From assembly GCA_013265495.1 (NCBI GenBank), contig MU058241.1, positions 496,001 through 560,000 of the forward strand: DNA of 64,000 nt, in the 5' to 3' direction. The notes beneath the pieces were generated by a model. The model was not told the origin of the DNA and did not search any database. It saw nothing but the letters and a program-made list of their open reading frames with translations. Positions 54,030 to 64,000 of the stretch are shown here, one piece after another. A program made the translations under genes and the position numbers. Each line of letters opens with the position of its first letter. The first letter of the stretch is position 1. Origin of the DNA: Vicugna vicugna. Lineage: Eukaryota.

Positions 54030-54125
54030 AATGTACGCATGCGCCAGTAGCATGAGTCAGCATTATGAACAATACGCATGCGCCAATAGCCTGAGTACGG
54101 ATTATGAACAATACGCATGCGTGGA
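54030..54125. repeat. 39-bp tandem repeat (~2.5 copies) containing TACGCATGCG
   Basis: TACGCATGCG at 54034, 54073 and 54112, exactly 39 bp apart. Confidence 0.9.
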
Positions 54126-54332
54126 CATAATGAAAGGACAAGTGCCTACACCTGAGCGCACGCGCCACCCACTGGTACTGCAGTAAGCTGCTGTTTTGGT
54201 ATATGTCGGCTCCTCGCATCTTCCAGTTGGGCAGCTCATCTTCTTGGATCTGTCTCCAGCCTCCCGTGGCTGACATTATCTTTCCGTGAATGGGAGTCGA
54301 CTCTTCTAAACTACCAGATACATTGGGCTAAC

Positions 54333-54546
54333 AGGGTGGTTCTCAGCTGGGAGCGACTTTGTCCCAGAGGGGACGCGTGGTACTTTTCTGGAGCTGGTTT
54401 TGTTGGCGCTGATGGTTGCAGGTGTAGGGCAGGGCAGATGCTACTGACACCTAGTGGTGGAAACCAGATGAGCTCCCAACCGCAGAGGATAGCTTACCTC
54501 GGCAAATTAGCCCCAAATGTCAGCAGTGATGAAGTGGGATTCCCTG
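54333..54546. mobile_element. Degraded MER20-like element
   Basis: cagggtggttctcagc...cccagaggggac...atgctactgacacctagtggtggaaaccag...ccccaaatgtcagcagtg. Confidence 0.6.
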
Positions 54547-57500
54547 GTATAAAATTTATACTAAAAGAGTCGCTAAAAACAAACACAAAAGCTCCCTGAT
54601 AAATGCATGGGTTAAAACTGTGACTGCTCTATTTCCCTTGCCTAGTTGGGGCATTCATTCACTGAAGGTCTCTACCCAGTCCTTTTGAAATATTGTCTCA
54701 AAATAATCCTGGGAGGTAGTTTCTATTACAGTCTCTCATGAGGGGCAGATGTGGAGATCCAGGACGTGGAGGAATTTGCTACTACTGACATTTCAACACC
54801 AGGTTGATTCCAGACTGATACGCTTCACTACTTCTAAGTCTTTCGGCCACATCATTGCTCAGAATCCCTTAATCTGTGGATAGGCAATTATGATAAAGTC
54901 ATAACTCTAAAACTTTTGCAGGCATAGCTATAATTTCAGTTAATCTTTTTGACGGGGAGGGAAAAATCTCTACCTAGAGTAGAAATTATTTGGTATTAAA
55001 TTAACATTGAACATGTGCACCTAATTCTCTGAAAACAAGAAGGGGCTTAGGTCACTTACATTTCTTTCATTGAGCATAAGGCCAGGAAGCAGTAATTCAC
55101 GTAGTGAGGTCCTGCTAGTGGGACGGGGTCAGTCAGCCGGCTCTCCAGCGATCCGCTCTCCTCTGAACTGGCGTGTTGTGTATCTGTGACCCAGTACACG
55201 TGTGCCCATGTGATGGCTCTCAGGTGAACACTCCTCCTAGCACAGTCCTCACCTATATGAAGAGTGATGTGAAAAAGATGTTGAAAATAGGTGCCTTGAT
55301 GATGACTGCTGCCTGACCACAATCATCCAGCTCCTAATTATTGTCAAAAGAAAAACGGGGTGAATTCGTGTCCGTTCCTTCACTTACGTTCTTTTTGAGC
55401 TGAGAAGTCGTTCCAGTGTCGCTTAGGGCTTTCTCTACATGACGCAATAAAGGACCATAGGAAAAGTACTCCCACTAGGAATCCCACGTAAACCTATTTA
55501 CCATCTTTGATCAACTCTTGTCTCTCTTGGTCCCAGGGAAGCACAGGTTGCTAAGGAAACACAGTGGACCAAGCCAAGTGGGCTTGGCCCTCATTCATGA
55601 CCTGAACCTCAAAGGCAGTGTTTTGTGTGGGAGGGAGTGTGAGCCTGTGAAGAAGGGCTGGGCAGGGGGAGGTCCAGAAGCAACTGCACGGAGAAGGAAA
55701 GGGATGGGAATGACCTTTGACCTCTGACTCTTGGAAGCACCTCACATTCAGTCAGAGAGCAGAATATTCCCCAGCTGGTTCCAGTTACCCACTGCAGAGG
55801 ACCCTGCAAGTAAACCAAAACTTTTTTTTGTTTTTGTTTTTTTTTGGTCCTAAGGGATTTTTTTTTTTTTTTTGGTGCCTCTGCGGCTTCAGAAGAAAAA
55901 AGTGTTAATTCGCTCCTTGGTCACATTTCAGTCCGTTCACTTGGCCTCAGGTATCAGTGTGCTTCCCGTAAGTTCTTACACGTGTTTCTCTTCAACTCTT
56001 GACTGTGGGTTTATCTTGTCTGAAGTGGCCAGTGAGCGATGAAAGGCTGTTTCTGTGTCCTCTTTCTTTTTGTTAACACTGAAGATAAAGCCTGTCAACT
56101 TCCCTCGCTTTAGTCTCGCCTGGTGTTGAATTGTATTCCTATATTCTCCTACTTTATGAAACCTAAACAAGCAAGCAGTGTGTGAGCTGCAGAGGTGTTC
56201 TGAACAGGAGCGACTTAAGTATAATTCGCACACAGGATGCCTTGGTCACTTAAGTTTGTAGTGAATAGTCTGGGAAGTGCTCCAAAGCTAGCGAAAAATT
56301 CCTTTGAAGACTGCTATGCTCATTTCCCCAGTTCAGTTCAGTGCGACTGTAGTTACACAGGAAAGCTTTCCTGTGTTTAAGTCCACAATGGAGTTAATCT
56401 AGTTGGTATTAAGAACCTGGCATGATTATTCCAGATTTATGCTTTAAAGTTGACAATTTAGTCCACAAATTAGGTTATCAGAGTATTCTCTCTGCTGCTT
56501 TTGCATTTTATTTATATGGCCAGCGAGTGGCGCTGTTTCCTGTTAAAAGCTGCCTTTTTCATTTTCAGAAACTTCTCTACAAATCTATGGTATTTACACG
56601 GCTCAATGTAAATTTCAGTAGGCTTAAAAACATCAAAGAAGAAAAACCCCACTTAAGTCTTTCAACAGAATAGACTTTCAGTATTTCTGAAGAGCACCTG
56701 TAGGTTTCTTTTCATGTTTAGGAATGGAAATCAGAATGAAACTATGATTATTTGAGCTCCATTTTAAAGAGCTAAAAAGGACTCCTTTCACAGAATTTTA
56801 AACATGAATTTTACTGAAAAATTCATTCATTTCACATGAAGAGAAGGCCCTTCAGAAGTGAGTAATGAGGTTTTTAGTCAAAGTTATATCATTTAAGATT
56901 TGGCTAAAATTATATAATTTCTATTTCTTTTAATTTGCTTATGCTTCTCAAAATGCACATTTAGGGGCAAAGTAATACTGTTTTGGTCATGTCAAGAACT
57001 AGAAATACACCAGTTACTCTTTATATTTTAGTTTCCTGCACTAGGCTGTTATATAGCATTTCTTTCATGGCTGTATGATTTTCAGTATCTACAGCTTATT
57101 TATAAAATCTCATGTGAGAAGCCTGACTCTTTATGCTTGCTCACGGTAGTGTTGCTAACATTAGAACTTGGGTAAAATCAGTTAATTGCCTTGGTCACTG
57201 GGACAAGTGTTCAATTTTACTGACACTGAATATTATTTGAAACCATTGGGTTTCAAAACCCCAGTGTTCCCTGCATAGTCCAGCAGCTATTATGCTCAGT
57301 AAGACACTAAAATCAACAAAAGCCTTCAAATAATCTAAAGTTAAAAATTTCTGGAGCAGAGGGAGGGGACAGGAGTGAAAAACACGTTCACAGTCGAACA
57401 CCACCATCACCATACAATTGACCCCTGAAATATAAAAATGCCTACTCCAGGACATTTTATTTTTTAGTATTTATTTAAATTTTAGTAATTAGTGCAGAGA

Positions 57501-60500
57501 TAGAATAAAAGTTCGGTGATGACAATCTAGAACAGGCTGTTAGCATGGCTGCAGAAGAGGTACCAAACAAATCAAACACTAATTGATGGATGGATTATGG
57601 TGACTTTGGCGGGGGGAGGGAAGAGAAGAGGGGCGAGGAGACATTCTTAAAGAGTTGTAGTAACTTGAAATCATGTTATTTGACAGGTCTTTGTATATTT
57701 TGCAAAACCAAAGTTTAAAAACGTCATAAAAATATTCTTTGGCACACAAAATAGCAAACACATTTCTGGCACTTCTCAGTAACATCCTAGTAAAAATCGA
57801 GGTGATTAATAAAAGTAACACCTTTAACCCTGTATATACTGCAACTGAATTTTTACAATCTTGCTGAAGAGGAAAACGTCTTGTACAAGAAGATGATCTC
57901 CAGATAGGCTACCTACATTGCGAGAGGGCAAAAGTAAGCAAAGGGATGAGGGTGTTCCGTTCCAAAAAGTGGAGTGTATATGTAGTGAGCCAGTGGACAA
58001 ACTGTAATTTTCATTTCTAAATTGAGGAAATTTGCCATCAGGGACCAGTACATAGAGGGTCACCTATTCTTGTGAAATCACATTACAAAGGATGCAAATT
58101 TGTTATTTATCCATTTGACTCAGTTGCATCCCAGCTCCGGATTTCACCCCCTCCCTTTTTTTTTCCCAAAGACCTCCCTCTGTGTTTCCTGGATCATGCA
58201 GTTCAAAGCTGAGCAGAAGGGAATTAAGACTGGAGGAGGAAGAAAGCACAGTTAAAGAAGAGATCTGAATCTGGCTACGAAATTCTGACACCTCGGTGTG
58301 GAAATGCAGAGGTGAGTGTGGGCCATGGCTCTTGCAGGCCACAAGTCTTGGTTTTTCTAAGATGCTCATTCTTAACTTTTAAAATGTAATTTTAACTTTC
58401 CTGGGTGTTCACTGCACTTGCTCAGAGAAGATGCATGTTACTGCATCGTCAAGTGAAAGCAATTAAAAGGAAAATGGGCACCATATGTGAGTTCTGTGCC
58501 CTTACTTCACTATCCCCTCTAACCCATAAGCAATGACTGTGGACTACATTCGGTCTAAGACTCATAAATACAATCACATGAAAGTATCGGTCTTTCTCCA
58601 TTTGCTTTTCCAAGAGGGGCATGTCAGAGAAAGATTGTGCTTCCTTCACAGTTTATCCTTACCAAATGCAGCTGGAAAGCCTTTAAAGAGACAAGCTGCT
58701 GGCCCCCCCAAAACAACACTAAGGGTATCTTGGCTAAATGTTTTGAAAAAAATGTATCTATGTGATTATTAAGAAATCGATAAGTAGGTCCAATTTATAT
58801 CAACAGACGTAACTTAAAAAGGCACTTTAAACAAAATGAAGTCACAGGTGCTACTAAAATCAAAGCTTCTGCTACATTTTTACAGGGCATATGTTTTCTA
58901 AATCAGTTATCTCTGACACCTGTCTGCGGCTTACTTGATAGGATCAGCAGGTGTTTCAGAGCTCAGATCCCTGTTCTTTACCCCAGATATGCTGGCTCAG
59001 AGTCCCTGAACGTGGAGTCCTGGAGTACACCTTTAACAGGCTTCCCAGGGGCTTCTGATTCTCCGCTGGTGTGGGGGGGAGAAAGTAAAGAAAGGAGAAG
59101 AAATTGATCATCTAAGTCAGTTGCGAGGAAAAGCATAGCTCACTTTTTGGAAGCTGGGATTGAGGGAGGGCCTTGTTTTTTGTTTCCTCTGTAACCTGAC
59201 AGAGACGGGCCACCCATTCTGGTCCATCTTCATTCATAGATAGAAATAAAAGCCCATTAAGGCCCTTTTCTACTCTCTCTAATAGATGGGTATCTTGTCT
59301 GTTTAAGTCCCACTGAAGTCTGTATGAGGTTCATCTCCAGACAAATGCAGACCGTGGTGTTCAACTTGGCTTTGAGGAAAGATGTACTAAGCACTTTCTT
59401 CTTGAAGCACCTGGACGATTCCCACCTGTCCATTTACCTGTCATTCCTTCTGTGCGTACTGGCGGCTCCCCTCTCATGTGGTCGGTCTCCTGGAACTTAG
59501 GGTGTGGTTTACCCAGGCATGCTAAAAATTAGAGAGTTTCGGTGCCAATTCTAAGGGTGAGCTGCATGATAAGTTGGGCGTATGTGAGCAGGATAAAACA
59601 GTAGATTTTGACTGTTCTTCGGACTTTAACAAAATGGTTTTCTTTTTAACTGCAATGAAAATCAGTAAGATGGAAAAGGCCAGCATCATCACAGAGGATG
59701 TCTGTGATAGTCTGAAAGAAGAAAGCAATATAACCACAAGTATTATTTTAACATATGCATGATAAAGCAGCCCTATGTGTTTAATCCTAAGCTTTCTGTG
59801 CACCTGACTAGATGTTCCCTTTTGTGGTTTATCATAAAATGCATTTATTCATGGAAACGAATATGCTATGGAACCCATGTAAGTAGCACCCACATTGCAT
59901 TTTTAAACAGATAACAGTGATCCCTTTGAACATTTAAAAGCTGTTTTTAAAAGCTCAGCAAGCTTGTCCTTATGATTTCACTCTCTAGGATATAAATTTC
60001 ATGATGTAACACACAGGCTTATAAATCAAAGACACCATAGGAAACTGTAGGCATGCATAATAGCCCTGTCTTCATCGAGACCAGGTATTTGTTTACCTTT
60101 AAAAGTCAAACATGATGGAGGAATTTGTTACAGCTTTTGGAAATGTTTTTAGTAATTCCCCAGTAACATTCAGAAGAGAGTCCCTTTACTCAGTTGTCAC
60201 TTCTCCATTCATTGGCAGATGGCTCCACACTTTCCTGCTGAGGTCACCATGCTTAGCTTCTTCACTCTTAGTCAACATGAAGTATGTTTAGCCTACTTAA
60301 AATAGATTTCCTTTCATGATTCTGAGCATCTCAAATTTCTTTTTGAGTTCATGTGAGCTCACGTCTAACTTTGTTATGTTTCCGGCTCATGTGCAGAACT
60401 GTCATGCTAAAACTTACAGATACAGGGCTGGGTGGGGCAAAACGAAAATTCAGAGAACCTTGTTCAAAATTAACTCACTTTTGTGACAGAAGAACATTAA

Positions 60501-61863
60501 ACCAAGGGTGGATCCTTCTAAGGCCCACACCCTTGAGGCCGGCTCTGCCTGCAGAGCCTTTTGAGGAAAAACTCTGATATTTCAATTCACTGGGAAACAA
60601 CCCTAAGCAATAAATTCTTCTGGCTGTGCTGATTTAAACTATGTGAAATCTATGTTTAAGGTGAAGTAAAGGAAGCATCGGCATACCAGGACAACTGCAG
60701 ATGGTTGTAATTACCCTTTAACAGGAAGATCTCAGAATGGAAAATGTGTGGAATTTTTGGGGGAGAGGATCCGAGGTTGGAAGAAGCCATGGGCTCTATT
60801 CATAGGGGCCTGCAGCTTGGTGCTGTACCTTTGAGCGCGTGGAGGGCAGAGAGACACTCCAGCTGTGCTCAGTTGTGCGCTTCACCAAGATCCTAGGCTG
60901 CAGAACTCGTAAGTGCAATTCTGTATGAAAATGTGGGGGTGTCAGTTGACAGGAATATCAGTGCGTTGCCCCGCATCTGCATGAGTGAGTGTGCATGCGG
61001 CTTTTTGACTGGCTCGTGTTATATAAATACGCCCACGTGTGCAGCACAGCCCTCTGCAGAGCTTGGCTCTCTGTGGGGTCTCCTACCTGCGCGCGGGCTG
61101 GGCTCCATCACTTCAGTGGAGCTCAGGGTAGCACAGAGCTTTGTGAGGGGTGTTGTGTTATAGATGCCGGGCCTCTCTTTCCTCTGCAGGGCCCACGCTG
61201 GGGAGGGAGGACGTGTGTGTGTGTGGCGGGGTGGGGGGAGAGCATTGGAGCAGATCACAAGAGGTGATTTTGCTGCTAAAAAGGCGAAATCAAGACACCT
61301 GGGGCAAATACAAGTAGAGTGTAGGAAAGCTTTCTATTTTGAATAACTCCCTCACGCTGGGCCTGCCATGCTTCCTAGAACAACAGACACCTGAGGAAGC
61401 TAGGTGCGTGGGTCTCATTAACCAACGTGGCCCAGGTGATACTAAGGCGGGAAGGAGGGAGCAGGAACGTGTCAGTCGAAATCCCTGCCGGGCGTTGGTC
61501 TGCTCTGACACGCATCTCAGGTCAGTTCCTTGGCTCTCTTCCACTGCTCGGGAAAGGGGAAATTCAAATGTGCGAAAGTCCGGGCGGAGCTGAACCCAGA
61601 GTAGGACCCGGGAAGTAAAGCCTACATCTTAGGGGCGCGCCGTCCTTCCTTAGTCTGTTCCGACGCCCTTGGGGTGGGGAGGGTCCCCAAGCCCTGCTTT
61701 CCAAGACAGCATCTCCCATCCCGGCCTGGGCTGGTTCTCGCCTGACGTTTACCTGGCTGGCGGGGGGAGGTGGGGGCAGGCAGGAGCGAAAGCGTGCAGT
61801 GGGGGAGCAGACCACCGGCTGGGCACCCGGCCGGCGTCCCCCTCCCTTTGAGCGCAGGGCTCG

Positions 61864-61929
61864 CCGCCCCTTGGACCTGCCCACCGCCCTCCGCCCGGCC
61901 CCCCGTCACTCACTTTCCTCCCAGCCAAT
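61864..61929 (+). promoter_or_regulatory. ANOS1 proximal promoter: GC boxes and CCAAT box
   Basis: CCGCCC at 61864, 61884 and 61891; AGCCAATGG with CCAAT at 61925-61929, ~200 bp upstream of the ATG; no proximal TATA box. Confidence 0.65.
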
Positions 61930-62017
61930 GGCGCGGCCGCCTGTCACCCTCACCCCACCCCTGGAGGCCGAGCGCGCTGGGCGGCGACGGGGAGGGCGCG
62001 GGGCCGGAGTTGAATGA

Positions 62018-64000
<1,983 letters not shown>

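Overview
Mammalian genomic DNA, very likely camelid (one vic-1-type tRNA-derived SINE plus young lineage-specific LINE-1s). The first ~61.5 kb is intergenic and repeat-rich: many L1 fragments of different ages, MaLR/ERVL/ERV1 solo LTRs, hAT and Tigger DNA-transposon fossils, MIRs and microsatellites. It ends in a CpG-island promoter, coding exon 1 (62129-62335, + strand) and the start of intron 1 of ANOS1 (KAL1, anosmin-1). The only long ORF (838 aa, 35013-37529, minus strand) is ORF2 of a very young, 5'-truncated L1. I found no novel protein-coding system. The items most worth checking are: (i) a solo LTR ~9 kb upstream of ANOS1 with seven CCAAT boxes, six at 23-24 bp spacing, plus an octamer; (ii) a nearby CpG-retaining 39-bp tandem repeat with NRF1/SOX/AP-1-like motifs; (iii) a ~146-bp tandem duplication spanning a young L1's target-site duplication and tail; (iv) nested insertions with readable TSDs; (v) an overlapping uATG and an in-frame CUG in the ANOS1 leader. 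Repeat family names come from recalled consensus sequences, not database searches.
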